Positions 44,887 to 53,815 of a stretch of 64,000 nt of DNA are shown here, in pieces. Made by a program: the position numbers and the translations under genes. The stretch is from Escherichia phage DK-13. How positions within the stretch are numbered: position 1 is the first letter of the stretch; each line of letters opens with the position of its first letter. The stretch lies in sequence record MT611523.1, one strand, 5' to 3'. The notes under the pieces were generated by a model. That model ran no database searches. It had not been told where the DNA came from and was given only the letters and a program-made list of their open reading frames with translations.

Positions 44887-45126
44887 CTATTTTAATGCAT
44901 CTTCCAGATAAATTTTGCGGAATTTGCGTTTTGTCTGACGAATCTGACGCTTGGTAGGTTTCACAGGAAATTCGAAGAACTCTACGTATTCTTGTTCATA
45001 ATCATTGTGGCCGACTGAAAGAACTAGTTCCCAGCTGCTTACGGTGCGTTGGATAAACATATTATGCTTACCAAAAGATTTATTCCAAAAAGAACTAGGG
45101 GTAGGTTTCATTAATGCGATATTCAT
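44887..45126 (-). CDS. hypothetical protein (79 aa)
   Basis: ATG ORF; basic C-terminal tail. Confidence 0.4.
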   Translation of the reverse strand: MNIALMKPTPSSFWNKSFGKHNMFIQRTVSSWELVLSVGHNDYEQEYVEFFEFPVKPTKRQIRQTKRKFRKIYLEDALK

Positions 45127-45330
45127 TTAAATTTCCTCAATGCGGGCATCATATTCAAAAACTTTATTGTCATTAACAAAGGCTTTAACCAGCGCATTAT
45201 TCACTTCTGCATACTGCACTGTAACCCATTCAATCATATTTTTGTCACTAACATCCAGCGCGGTTTCTTTGGTAAACATATTACCGTTTTCAAACCAACC
45301 AATAAATACTACGTTCTCTAATTTATACAT
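45127..45330 (-). CDS. dmd: Dmd-like antitoxin (discriminator of mRNA degradation)
   Basis: 67 aa; pattern V.F.GWF.N..MFTKE...W.T.QYAEVN.ALVKAF..D.KV matches my recollection of T4 Dmd; position near gene 41. Confidence 0.5.
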   Translation of the reverse strand: MYKLENVVFIGWFENGNMFTKETALDVSDKNMIEWVTVQYAEVNNALVKAFVNDNKVFEYDARIEEI

Positions 45331-45648
45331 TTAGATTTCCTCGCAGAAGGCCCAGGCAGCGTGATAAACTGTTGCGCCTTTAGTATCATTTAAACAAACC
45401 ACGTCAACCGGTGCAATCACACGATAAAGACGGGGTTCTCCTCCATATGAGCGAGCTGCTCTTCCTGCATAGATACGTGCCAAACCAATATCTTCAGTAA
45501 AAAACACACGCCCTAAATTTTTCTTACGCCCAACTTCTGACAGAACACCAGTTGCATCAGGAGGGCAAAGCATATTTTGGATTCCAGCATTAGAGCTTGA
45601 CCCATGATAATAAACTTTGTATTCTGCCTTGCAATCAATGGTTTTCAT
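45331..45648 (-). CDS. hypothetical protein (105 aa) with PARP-like NAD-binding signature
   Basis: YYHGSSSNAGIQNMLCPPDATG...GRVFFTEDIGLARIYA resembles the H-G-S and Y-F-A-D blocks of H-Y-E-class ADP-ribosyltransferases; ATG with leader/SD. Confidence 0.5.
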   Translation of the reverse strand: MKTIDCKAEYKVYYHGSSSNAGIQNMLCPPDATGVLSEVGRKKNLGRVFFTEDIGLARIYAGRAARSYGGEPRLYRVIAPVDVVCLNDTKGATVYHAAWAFCEEI

Positions 45649-45685
45649 TTTATTCTCCAGTAGTTGATAGGGTCATTATAACATA

Positions 45686-45710
45686 AGAAAAAGGGGCTGT
45701 AAGCCCCTTT
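45686..45710 (-). terminator. rho-independent terminator after gene 41
   Basis: minus strand AGGGGC-UUACA-GCCCCU followed by UUUUUCUU. Confidence 0.55.
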
Positions 45711-45719
45711 TAAAATATT

Positions 45720-47159
45720 TTAAAATTTCATTTGAGCAGCAAGGTCGTCCAGGTCGCTCCTGTTGACCCTGGTTTGTCGATTCATTTCAGCCTGGCGATT
45801 CATCTCACCGGTGGCTTCTTTAACTGTAGGGCCTTGTTTAGGAGCCGAATCATCATCAACCTCATACCAGCGCTGATTACCTTTCTTAACACCCATCTTG
45901 AATTTATTATAGTAGTTCTTATCACCATAACGAGACTTAAGCTGTTTGATTAACTGCAGCCCCATTTGAGCGAATTCTTCGGTCTCAACAACACCCAACA
46001 TAAAGTCAGCTGTATGAGCAATACCAAAGGATTCTGCGATGTCAGCCATATCAATCTCAGCTGCAACGTTCGCGCCCCTGGTTGTCTGCGCTGCAGTCCA
46101 CAGGACCACATTTTTCTCGACTGCCAGACCACGAAGTTCTTCTGCAACCATCTTAATCAGACCGTAACTATTTTCGGTAAACGTTTTCAGTCTTGAGCTT
46201 GCACAGATTGCCAGGTAGTCAACAATAATCACATCTGGTACAAACCCTTGCTTCAGCTTGTACTCGTTCAGTAATGCACGGAAGGTGTCCGCATGAGCAC
46301 CGCCAGTTGGATATTGTTTTATCTTCAGAGTCCCAAGAGTCCCGGAAGCACGCCATTTTTCCATCTTAGCTTTATATTCCGCCCATGACACATGACCTTC
46401 ATCAATATCATCCAGAGATACATCCAGCAAGTTGGCATCAATACGTTTGGCACATACTTCTTCAGCCATTTCCATGCTTATATAAAGCACATTATGACCA
46501 GTCTGAAGATAGTCAGCGGCTAACGAACAAAGTCCAAGGGATTTGCCGACGTTCGTCCCGGCCAGTAAAACGTTCTCTGTACCGTACTCAACCCCACCCT
46601 TTGTGATTTTATTCAGGATGTTAATACGGAACGGAACCTTCTTCGATTTGTTCAGATAAGTCTGGAATCGAGCTTCGTAATCGTTTAACCAGTCATGGCC
46701 CAGAGCGGAGTCAAAACAGATAGACAATGCATCGCGCATGATGTCGGGGATAGCACCAATATCCGGGATTCGTTTATCACGTTTATCTTTAGGAAGTTCG
46801 GCATTACTCTGGATTTCGATAATCCTGGATGTGGCATTGAACATCGCAGACTTCTGTACATACTTCTCGGTTTCTTTAACCAACCAGTCCTGGTCTTCTG
46901 GAGTATCGGCCAGGACTCCTAAGAGTTTCTTTGTGCCTTCATATTCGACTTCAGAAAGGTCAGAACTGTCGAGCGCGATATCAAGTGCAGTCTTAGTTGG
47001 TACCGCTTGATATTCTTTTACGTGTTCGTTAATCGTATTAAAAAGGGTCTTTGCAGGACCCTTTTCAAAATATGTGTTATTCAGATATGGCCAGACTTTA
47101 ACAAAATATTCCTTGTTAAAGAGTAGCTGGGATAAAATAGTTTCTACCACTTCCACCAC
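45720..47159 (-). CDS. 41: replicative DNA helicase gp41 (DnaB-like)
   Basis: 479 aa; N-terminus MVE...LS.L.F...YF.KVWPY; Walker A GTNVGKS; resembles T4 gp41; track start is GTG. Confidence 0.93.
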   Translation of the reverse strand: MVEVVETILSQLLFNKEYFVKVWPYLNNTYFEKGPAKTLFNTINEHVKEYQAVPTKTALDIALDSSDLSEVEYEGTKKLLGVLADTPEDQDWLVKETEKYVQKSAMFNATSRIIEIQSNAELPKDKRDKRIPDIGAIPDIMRDALSICFDSALGHDWLNDYEARFQTYLNKSKKVPFRINILNKITKGGVEYGTENVLLAGTNVGKSLGLCSLAADYLQTGHNVLYISMEMAEEVCAKRIDANLLDVSLDDIDEGHVSWAEYKAKMEKWRASGTLGTLKIKQYPTGGAHADTFRALLNEYKLKQGFVPDVIIVDYLAICASSRLKTFTENSYGLIKMVAEELRGLAVEKNVVLWTAAQTTRGANVAAEIDMADIAESFGIAHTADFMLGVVETEEFAQMGLQLIKQLKSRYGDKNYYNKFKMGVKKGNQRWYEVDDDSAPKQGPTVKEATGEMNRQAEMNRQTRVNRSDLDDLAAQMKF

Positions 47160-47485
47160 CTCTTTTTCATTTTAATCTTATCAATTTCATCTTGTATTTG
47201 CATTGTAACACACTTTTCTACATGCACAGCAAGCTCCGCTTTGCGGTCTTCGGAAGGGGTACCGAAATCAACTGAAACTTTTCCAGATGGTTCAATTTTA
47301 ATTCCGGTTACGTACACAATGTGACTGGACCCATCAGGGAGTGATAACAGAATTTCCTGTCGTACAGTTCCCATGGATTGCCGGATAATCTCCAAACTTT
47401 TTTCGTAGTAAGGTACAGAAGGAGCCTTAGCTCCCTCCGCATCTTTCTCGAAATTATCTAAATCAGATAAATCGATATCATTCAT
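47144..47485 (-). CDS. hypothetical protein (113 aa), at the T4 gene 40 position
   Basis: track start 47488 is TTG; ATG at 47485; between uvsX and 41 as T4 gene 40. Confidence 0.45.
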   Translation of the reverse strand: MNDIDLSDLDNFEKDAEGAKAPSVPYYEKSLEIIRQSMGTVRQEILLSLPDGSSHIVYVTGIKIEPSGKVSVDFGTPSEDRKAELAVHVEKCVTMQIQDEIDKIKMKKRWWKW

Positions 47486-48656
47486 CAAGGTCTTCCATCA
47501 TATCTAAATCGTTTTCGATATCTGCAGCGGACGGTTTTGTCTTACCTTCAGGAGCAGAGTATTTTTCAACCTTGGAGGCAATAAGCGCATCAACTTCGGC
47601 ATCAACAACAGCATTGCTATCGATTGCACCCAGTTGGTAATGGCGTTTGATTGCATCACGGAAAGGTTCGTGTTTAAACAGCGGCCCCCAGAATTCGGTG
47701 CAGTTAGTATCTTTTGCGCGCCATGATTTTTCTTCGCGGACCATTTCCCCGGTCTCAACATCAAGATATTCACGGTTATACCAACCAACTTTTGGTTTAA
47801 CCACAAATCCGATTTCTATTGCCATATCAAGCAGGCCAGAATACGGGTCAATACCACCATCGAATTTTACATCAATGAAGAATTTACTTTTCTCTTTGAC
47901 CATACGAGATTTTTCGGCGTTCAGAACAAATTGGAAGCCTTCAAGTTCTTTACCAGTTTCTTTAATCTGACGTTTACCGATAATGAATACAGTGTCCGCG
48001 GAATACATAACACCTGTGCCACCGGTCATAACGGTTTTACTGTACATCTCAATCGTCTCGATTGTATGGTTAACCGCGACACAAGGAATATCCTTGATAC
48101 TAAAATAAGGGGTAACAATACGGAACAGAGATTTCAGGGATTTAGCACGAGTCATATCGCCAACGACTTTTTCGTTCATCGCATCTTCTGTTTCTTTTTT
48201 CGACGCCATGTTACCGATTGAGTCAATAAAGATAATGACTTTTTCACCACGCTCAATTGCTTCAAGCTGGTTAACCATATCAACTTTCAATTGTTCAACC
48301 GACTGGATTGGTGTATGGATAACACGCTCCGGGTCTACTTTCATTGCACGAAGATATGCTTCTGTGATACCAAATTCTGAATCATAGAACAAACAGATTG
48401 CGTCGGGGTATTTGTTCATATATGCAGAGACCATCGTTAAACCCATATTGGATTTAAAGTGTTTTGACGGACCAGCAAAAATAGTCAAACCTGACTGCAT
48501 ACCACCATCTAGTGCACCGCTGATTGCAATGTTCAGCATCGGGATTTTTGTACGAACTACATCTTTATCATTAAAGAACTTGGACTTGGTAAGAGTCGCA
48601 GTCATTTTGGATGTAGAAGCTTTAATCAAACGGGATTTCAAATCTGCAATAGACAT
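47478..48656 (-). CDS. uvsX: recombinase UvsX (RecA-like)
   Basis: 392 aa; MSIADLKSRLIKAS..K....L..SKFFN.KD...T..P.LN.A.SG; Walker A-like GPSKHFKS; resembles T4 UvsX. Confidence 0.93.
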   Translation of the reverse strand: MSIADLKSRLIKASTSKMTATLTKSKFFNDKDVVRTKIPMLNIAISGALDGGMQSGLTIFAGPSKHFKSNMGLTMVSAYMNKYPDAICLFYDSEFGITEAYLRAMKVDPERVIHTPIQSVEQLKVDMVNQLEAIERGEKVIIFIDSIGNMASKKETEDAMNEKVVGDMTRAKSLKSLFRIVTPYFSIKDIPCVAVNHTIETIEMYSKTVMTGGTGVMYSADTVFIIGKRQIKETGKELEGFQFVLNAEKSRMVKEKSKFFIDVKFDGGIDPYSGLLDMAIEIGFVVKPKVGWYNREYLDVETGEMVREEKSWRAKDTNCTEFWGPLFKHEPFRDAIKRHYQLGAIDSNAVVDAEVDALIASKVEKYSAPEGKTKPSAADIENDLDMMEDLDE

Positions 48657-48735
48657 TCATTTTTTCCATAGGCACCATTATATTTTTCTCACAGGTTTAA
48701 GATAGGATAATTATATCACTGTATTTTCAGAGCAA

Positions 48736-48864
48736 TTAACGATTGAATCCACGATTAATTGCACGTTCAACAATCTTCCGGGTCTGACGTTTGTCCCACC
48801 AGTACATAAAACCAATACCAAATGCAGACAACAGCCATAGGCTAATCAATAACATACCAATCAT
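48736..48864 (-). CDS. small hydrophobic peptide (42 aa)
   Basis: manual translation MIGMLLISLWLLSAFGIGFMYWWDKRQTRKIVERAINRGFNR. Confidence 0.3.
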   Translation of the reverse strand: MIGMLLISLWLLSAFGIGFMYWWDKRQTRKIVERAINRGFNR

Positions 48865-48885
48865 AATATTCTTCTCGCAGTTTGT

Positions 48886-49389
48886 TTAGTTAATACCTTG
48901 GCGTGCTTTCTCTTTAGCTACACATTTATTAATATAGCTCAGACGGTTTTGAGCAGAACGCTGATACATATCGCGGTACTCATTAGCTTTTGGAGAACCC
49001 GTCTCTGCTGCCTGATAAGCTTCTGCGCGCATGATGTTTATCTGCATATTGATGTATGACATGCAGACCTGTGAAATCTGGTTAACAGTATCCAGGTCAT
49101 TTTGTCGCTTGGTTTCTGCTTCCAGCTTGGCAATGATTTCGTCATGCTTCGCAGCTTGCTCGCGTTTGTACTCAATTTCTTGTTGAGCATATTTCGCGCA
49201 GTTGTTTCCACATTGATTGTTGTCGCGTTTGTAGATAAGTCCAGTACCACCTTTGAAATCAAAGGAACCATTATGCACCTGACGGTCTGCAGCAATTCGC
49301 GCTTTACCAATCTCGTTGGCATTAACAACATCACCCTGGTAAGCACAACCAGATAGCAGCATAACAGCTGCGATAGCTAACTTTTTCAT
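48886..49389 (-). CDS. putative lipoprotein (167 aa)
   Basis: signal peptide plus lipobox MKKLAIAAVMLLSGC; coiled-coil-like remainder; occupies the interval where T4 has beta-gt and gene 42. Confidence 0.55.
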   Translation of the reverse strand: MKKLAIAAVMLLSGCAYQGDVVNANEIGKARIAADRQVHNGSFDFKGGTGLIYKRDNNQCGNNCAKYAQQEIEYKREQAAKHDEIIAKLEAETKRQNDLDTVNQISQVCMSYINMQINIMRAEAYQAAETGSPKANEYRDMYQRSAQNRLSYINKCVAKEKARQGIN

Positions 49390-49537
49390 TTTGCTTCCTA
49401 ATTAAAACATTCATAGCGGGCTTGGAGCCCCAAAAATACCCAACCCAAAATTAAAGTTGGAATCATATGTGGAGTCATTATTGCCCAGTAGATTGACATA
49501 CTAAAAAATGCAATCAGTACAATAATTGTAATTATCT

Positions 49538-49780
49538 TCATTTTGATTCCTTGATGATAATTACTTGTGCGTTTGATTTACGTTCAGCAACGAGTGCCCA
49601 GATAAATGCAATAAACCATCCGACCATTGTCCAACCTAACAGAAGGTTAACAAAGAAGATTCCGCAATTACTTTTGGTACCACGCAGCAGCGCGATAATC
49701 CACGGCAGAAAATATGCCAGTGCAGCCAGGAAGAAAGAACCAGCCCCAAGAACAACAGTACCCGCAATTAATGTTTCCAT
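49538..49780 (-). CDS. imm: immunity protein Imm-like (superinfection exclusion membrane protein)
   Basis: 80 aa with two hydrophobic segments; immediately downstream of gene 43 as T4 imm. Confidence 0.55.
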   Translation of the reverse strand: METLIAGTVVLGAGSFFLAALAYFLPWIIALLRGTKSNCGIFFVNLLLGWTMVGWFIAFIWALVAERKSNAQVIIIKESK

Positions 49781-49817
49781 TTTAATATCCTTAAGTTATT
49801 CATCAGTTGATGAGGTA

Positions 49818-49847
49818 ATCATACGGCAATCCATTGCCGTTGTAAAC
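49818..49847 (-). promoter_or_regulatory. sigma70-like early promoter with stem-loop
   Basis: minus strand GTTTAC (-35), inverted repeat ACGGCAAT/ATTGCCGT in the spacer, TATGAT (-10), leader TCATCAACTGATGA. Confidence 0.45.
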
Positions 49848-49849
49848 AC

Positions 49850-52564
49850 TTAAAAGTCAAACATGTCAAAAAGAGTTGCTTTCTTTTCGTAATCAACCTT
49901 TGCAGCTTCAGAGAAACCTGTTAATGGCTTAACAAAAGTCTTCTGGAACAGTGTGTTGTAGTCCATCCACTGCAGAACCTGGTCACGGATTTCAATCGGG
50001 AGTTCAATCCCAGATGGCCATGCAATCACGGTTTCACCAAACGGGTTGCCGACTTTAAGAGGAAGTACATACACCTTTTCCCCTTCCATGATTTGCGGAA
50101 CAGTCTTCAGACCTTTAGTTGCACGCATATAAGCAAGCACACCTTTGATATGAGCCGGGCACTTAAATCCAGGGAAACCACCTTCATTATATTTCTGGAT
50201 GTTGTTAACCGATGATACACCTGCGATGGTCATGTAGTTAAGCTCATTAAATTCCTTATTGAATTCCTTGAAGTATGTCTGCAGAGATTCTTCACCTTCT
50301 TGCAGCATGCGGCGGATACATTCTTTCAGAGCTTTCTGACATGCCTTTGGAGTACTCGACTTTTGAGTTTCCAGACCCATAATTTTCAGTTTCGGAACAG
50401 CATAACGTGTGCCTTCCATATCGTACACGTTCAGCGCATAACGCTTCTTCGCCGTCCAGAATCCACCCACACCTTTAGAACCCAGCGGAGGACATGCAAT
50501 CGCCTCACGGTCCATAAACATAAGGTGCTGTTTGTTGTTCATGTATTCAGCCAGCTCACGGAAAGCTTTATCGATTGCCGGTTCCAGACGGTCTTTCGCA
50601 AACTTGTCCATGAAGTCAACCAGGTGGTTTGTATCACGGAATTTAGATTCGCCACCAACCTTTTTAATCAGGTTATCACACTGGATATAAATGGAGTCAG
50701 TATCGCCATAGAACACATAAGTTTCGCCGCTTGTCCCACAAACACTATCGAAGTATTCGTTAACTTTACGCTCAATCCACTGCAATGCAAGTTGTCCGAA
50801 AGATGTAATCGCGGTTGCATTTCGCAGGTCAAAGTAACGGAACCAGATATTGCCCAGAGCGCCATAACAGCTGTTGATAAGCAGCTTACGGTTAATCTGT
50901 GCGGTCATGCCTGCAACTTCTTCCATCTGCGCTTTATACAACATACCATTTAGGACTGTTTGATTCAGACCATGCAAGGTTGTTTTCATATTGTCATCAA
51001 AGTCATGACGATAATCAACTTCAGGTTCGGTTGTACCAGTTCCTGGATTGCGCAGAGCTTCCTTAATCAGTTCACCATTACGTTGAGCCGCAAGCATATA
51101 GCCTTTGTGCTCTTTACGCTGATTAAACACCTTGGTGACTTCTGTCGGAATAATACCCGCAACATCTTTAAAATACATCATACCATTTGGAGCACAACTA
51201 AATGTATCAGATGGACGGTCAGCAGTTCCGGCGATGTATTCATGCATTTGCGCAGGAGCAAATGAACCGGCAATCGTTTCTGGACTGATGTTAATCTGTC
51301 GGATAATGCTCGGATACAGAGATGTTAAGTCACAGCTCATTACATATTTGTACGCGTTCGGAATAGGTTCCTTAACAAATGCACCAGGGAACGATTGACG
51401 AACATGCGATTTGGTTTCCGGAATGACTTTGTTTTGAGTCTTCAGGCTGTTAAAGATAATCGCATCCCAAGTTTTGATTGGGCTGAATACAGACTGAATC
51501 TGCATTTTTGCGTAATAACCCATTGACTGACTCAGGTTAATAAACTGCCGCTTACGGTCAATCTGCACAACACGATAAACGTCGATGATGTTATAAGAAA
51601 TATACCGCTGGTGATTTGATTCGCGCAGTTTAGAAATCGGGCCATCATACGGGAGTTTACCAACACCCAGTTCAGATTCCGCAACATAATCCAACGAATA
51701 AGACGGTTGGTTTGTGAAGCTGAACTTTTTATACAGGTCCAGATAATCCAGAACAGAGATACCCAGAATCTGAATGATTTCTTGTTCTTCACCAAAGCCA
51801 TTGTTAATGACCTTAACTTTTGTACGACGATGTGGGCTCAGACGTTTTGCCGTAGCTTCACCAAATACATTTTTAAGGCGGTTGTAGATATATGGAATAT
51901 CAAATTTCTCGATGTTCCAACCAGTTAACATAACCGGAGTTTTCTCGTTCCAGAATACCAAATACTGCTGGAGCATTTCTTCTTCTGAATCGAAAGCCAT
52001 ATAAACAATTTTTTCCAGGATTTCTTCAGGGACTTCATCACCGCCGTCTTCCTGCAGCTTAGCAGCAATATCAATAGACCATTGCTCCACAGTGGCGTAT
52101 GGTGAGCCCAAAAGGTCAAAGACATAGAATTTATCGTCTACCGAATCATAGTGCGTCAGGGCATCAATAGGGTGACGTGCTTCAGACGGTTCAGGGAACC
52201 CATCAGGAGATGTCACCTCGATATCGAAGTTAGCAACACGGATTTTACTTGAATCATATTTGATTTCGTGTGGGTAACGGTCGGACAAGTATGCGAGTTT
52301 AAAGTCATCCATACCCATAGCTTCGAGACCCATGTCATTCATTCGCTTCATCCACTGGGATGCATCACGCATGGAATCGAATTCTTTTTTCACACAACCT
52401 TTATTATAGATGTCTGTATACTTTGCAGCCTGGCCTTCCCGGGCGTGCATAAACAAGCATGGGGCATAAGGGATTTCACGAACACGTTCATGACCATTCT
52501 TGTCAATATATCGTTCGAGTAGGTTGTCACCGATTTGTTCGATAGTTAAATAAAATTCTTGCAT
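49850..52564 (-). CDS. 43: DNA polymerase gp43 (family B)
   Basis: 904 aa; N-terminus M.EFY..IE..G.N..ERYID.NG.ER.RE; family-B motifs incl. YGDTDS; resembles T4 gp43. Confidence 0.95.
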   Translation of the reverse strand: MQEFYLTIEQIGDNLLERYIDKNGHERVREIPYAPCLFMHAREGQAAKYTDIYNKGCVKKEFDSMRDASQWMKRMNDMGLEAMGMDDFKLAYLSDRYPHEIKYDSSKIRVANFDIEVTSPDGFPEPSEARHPIDALTHYDSVDDKFYVFDLLGSPYATVEQWSIDIAAKLQEDGGDEVPEEILEKIVYMAFDSEEEMLQQYLVFWNEKTPVMLTGWNIEKFDIPYIYNRLKNVFGEATAKRLSPHRRTKVKVINNGFGEEQEIIQILGISVLDYLDLYKKFSFTNQPSYSLDYVAESELGVGKLPYDGPISKLRESNHQRYISYNIIDVYRVVQIDRKRQFINLSQSMGYYAKMQIQSVFSPIKTWDAIIFNSLKTQNKVIPETKSHVRQSFPGAFVKEPIPNAYKYVMSCDLTSLYPSIIRQINISPETIAGSFAPAQMHEYIAGTADRPSDTFSCAPNGMMYFKDVAGIIPTEVTKVFNQRKEHKGYMLAAQRNGELIKEALRNPGTGTTEPEVDYRHDFDDNMKTTLHGLNQTVLNGMLYKAQMEEVAGMTAQINRKLLINSCYGALGNIWFRYFDLRNATAITSFGQLALQWIERKVNEYFDSVCGTSGETYVFYGDTDSIYIQCDNLIKKVGGESKFRDTNHLVDFMDKFAKDRLEPAIDKAFRELAEYMNNKQHLMFMDREAIACPPLGSKGVGGFWTAKKRYALNVYDMEGTRYAVPKLKIMGLETQKSSTPKACQKALKECIRRMLQEGEESLQTYFKEFNKEFNELNYMTIAGVSSVNNIQKYNEGGFPGFKCPAHIKGVLAYMRATKGLKTVPQIMEGEKVYVLPLKVGNPFGETVIAWPSGIELPIEIRDQVLQWMDYNTLFQKTFVKPLTGFSEAAKVDYEKKATLFDMFDF

Positions 52565-52649
52565 TTGATTTCCTTTATAGTCGAGTGATTGACTTTTGTT
52601 TTATGACTTGACGCTATTATACTACAAAAGGGACCGAAGTCCCTTTGCT

Positions 52650-52865
52650 TTAAATTTCTATTATACGACGTTCGATAGTCGGATTACCATTTTCATCTTT
52701 AGTTCTAACCATAGCCTGGAAGACTCTCTGTCCAGGATGCAATAATTTATTGAGTTCCTTTTGAAATTCTATTTGAAGTTCTTCGGAAAGGTCAAAAATG
52801 GTTTGAGTTGGGGAAAGTCCATATATTTCTTTAAGGCGTTCACATGTTTCAATTTCATGCTTCAT
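52650..52865 (-). CDS. hypothetical protein (71 aa)
   Basis: track start 52877 is TTG; ATG at 52865 right after regA stop; C(UUCG)G-type hairpin downstream. Confidence 0.4.
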   Translation of the reverse strand: MKHEIETCERLKEIYGLSPTQTIFDLSEELQIEFQKELNKLLHPGQRVFQAMVRTKDENGNPTIERRIIEI

Positions 52866-52866
52866 A

Positions 52867-53235
52867 TCAATTACCAATTGTATATTTGGCTACGAGCTTC
52901 CAGTCATCTTTTTGTTTGAATGAGATAACACGGAAGTTATTTGTTACTGCGAACAATTCATTATGCTCTTCTTCTTTGATAGCGATTAAGCCCCAGTCTT
53001 CGAGCAATTGGGCGATGGAATCACGGCGCTGATAGTCTTCGCCGTCAATATCCACCTGACGACCATCCATGCGCAGCATTTCTTTGAAGTGAACAATATA
53101 ATAACGACCTTGCTTCTGGAGGATGTGGCAGCTCTGGTACAGCACACGGTCTTTATTATTTGCGATGCCCATACGGGTCAGAGTTTCTTTAACTTTCAGG
53201 AAGTCTTCAGGTTGCTTTAATGTAATTTCAATCAT
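52867..53235 (-). CDS. regA: translational repressor RegA
   Basis: 122 aa; MIEITLK.PEDFLKVKETLTRMGIANNKD.VLYQSCHILQK.G.YYIVHFKEMLRMDGRQV resembles T4 RegA. Confidence 0.9.
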   Translation of the reverse strand: MIEITLKQPEDFLKVKETLTRMGIANNKDRVLYQSCHILQKQGRYYIVHFKEMLRMDGRQVDIDGEDYQRRDSIAQLLEDWGLIAIKEEEHNELFAVTNNFRVISFKQKDDWKLVAKYTIGN

Positions 53236-53236
53236 T

Positions 53237-53815
53237 TTACCATTCCAATATTTGTTTTTTAATTTCTTTTTGTTCTTTCACATTACTGGTAACGGTCTTT
53301 AAGAATTCATCCGTCACCAGACCTTTTGTCTTTTTCAAAACATCTTTAAGACTACCTTTGACTTTCAATGTTTCCATATACATCAAAGCATCATCTGCAT
53401 TAATTGTATAATATTTCATTAAAAGCTTTAACACAAGCTGGACGCTGACTACATCCGGCTCAGCCTTCGCCCATTTACCATAACGCTTGCCTTGCGGAAC
53501 CGCATGCAGCAAATAATTATAATGCTGTTGGTCTGTTAACCCGGAACCAATTAAGTTCATCACGTTCACCTGCATGATGCAATCGACATGTTGGCTCAAT
53601 GCGTTTTCTAACCAGAATTTATTGTAGTTTTCCGATTGAATCAGGTTCCGTGGTTTTTTACTAACGGTTATGTCATTAAGAATCGCGAACAATTCATTTT
53701 CTGCTTTCTCTTTGTATGAATCGGACAATTCCTGAATTTTGTTAAAGTCGCGTGATTTCCACGCAACCTCATGTTCGTTTAATTGAACGTCATCATCAAA
53801 GAGACTTACAGCCAT
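53237..53815 (-). CDS. 62: clamp loader small subunit gp62
   Basis: 192 aa; ...F.DD.QLNEH.VAW.S.D...AVP.GKRYGKWAK...LVTD.FLK.VT.NVKEQK resembles T4 gp62. Confidence 0.88.
   Translation of the reverse strand: MAVSLFDDDVQLNEHEVAWKSRDFNKIQELSDSYKEKAENELFAILNDITVSKKPRNLIQSENYNKFWLENALSQHVDCIMQVNVMNLIGSGLTDQQHYNYLLHAVPQGKRYGKWAKAEPDVVSVQLVLKLLMKYYTINADDALMYMETLKVKGSLKDVLKKTKGLVTDEFLKTVTSNVKEQKEIKKQILEW

Noticed and set aside
52565-52650. Gene 43 translational operator hairpin
   Set aside because: T4 gp43 autoregulates through a leader hairpin, but here I see only a C(UUCG)G hairpin plus TATAAT upstream and a weak 4-bp stem near the SD; not enough to call an operator.
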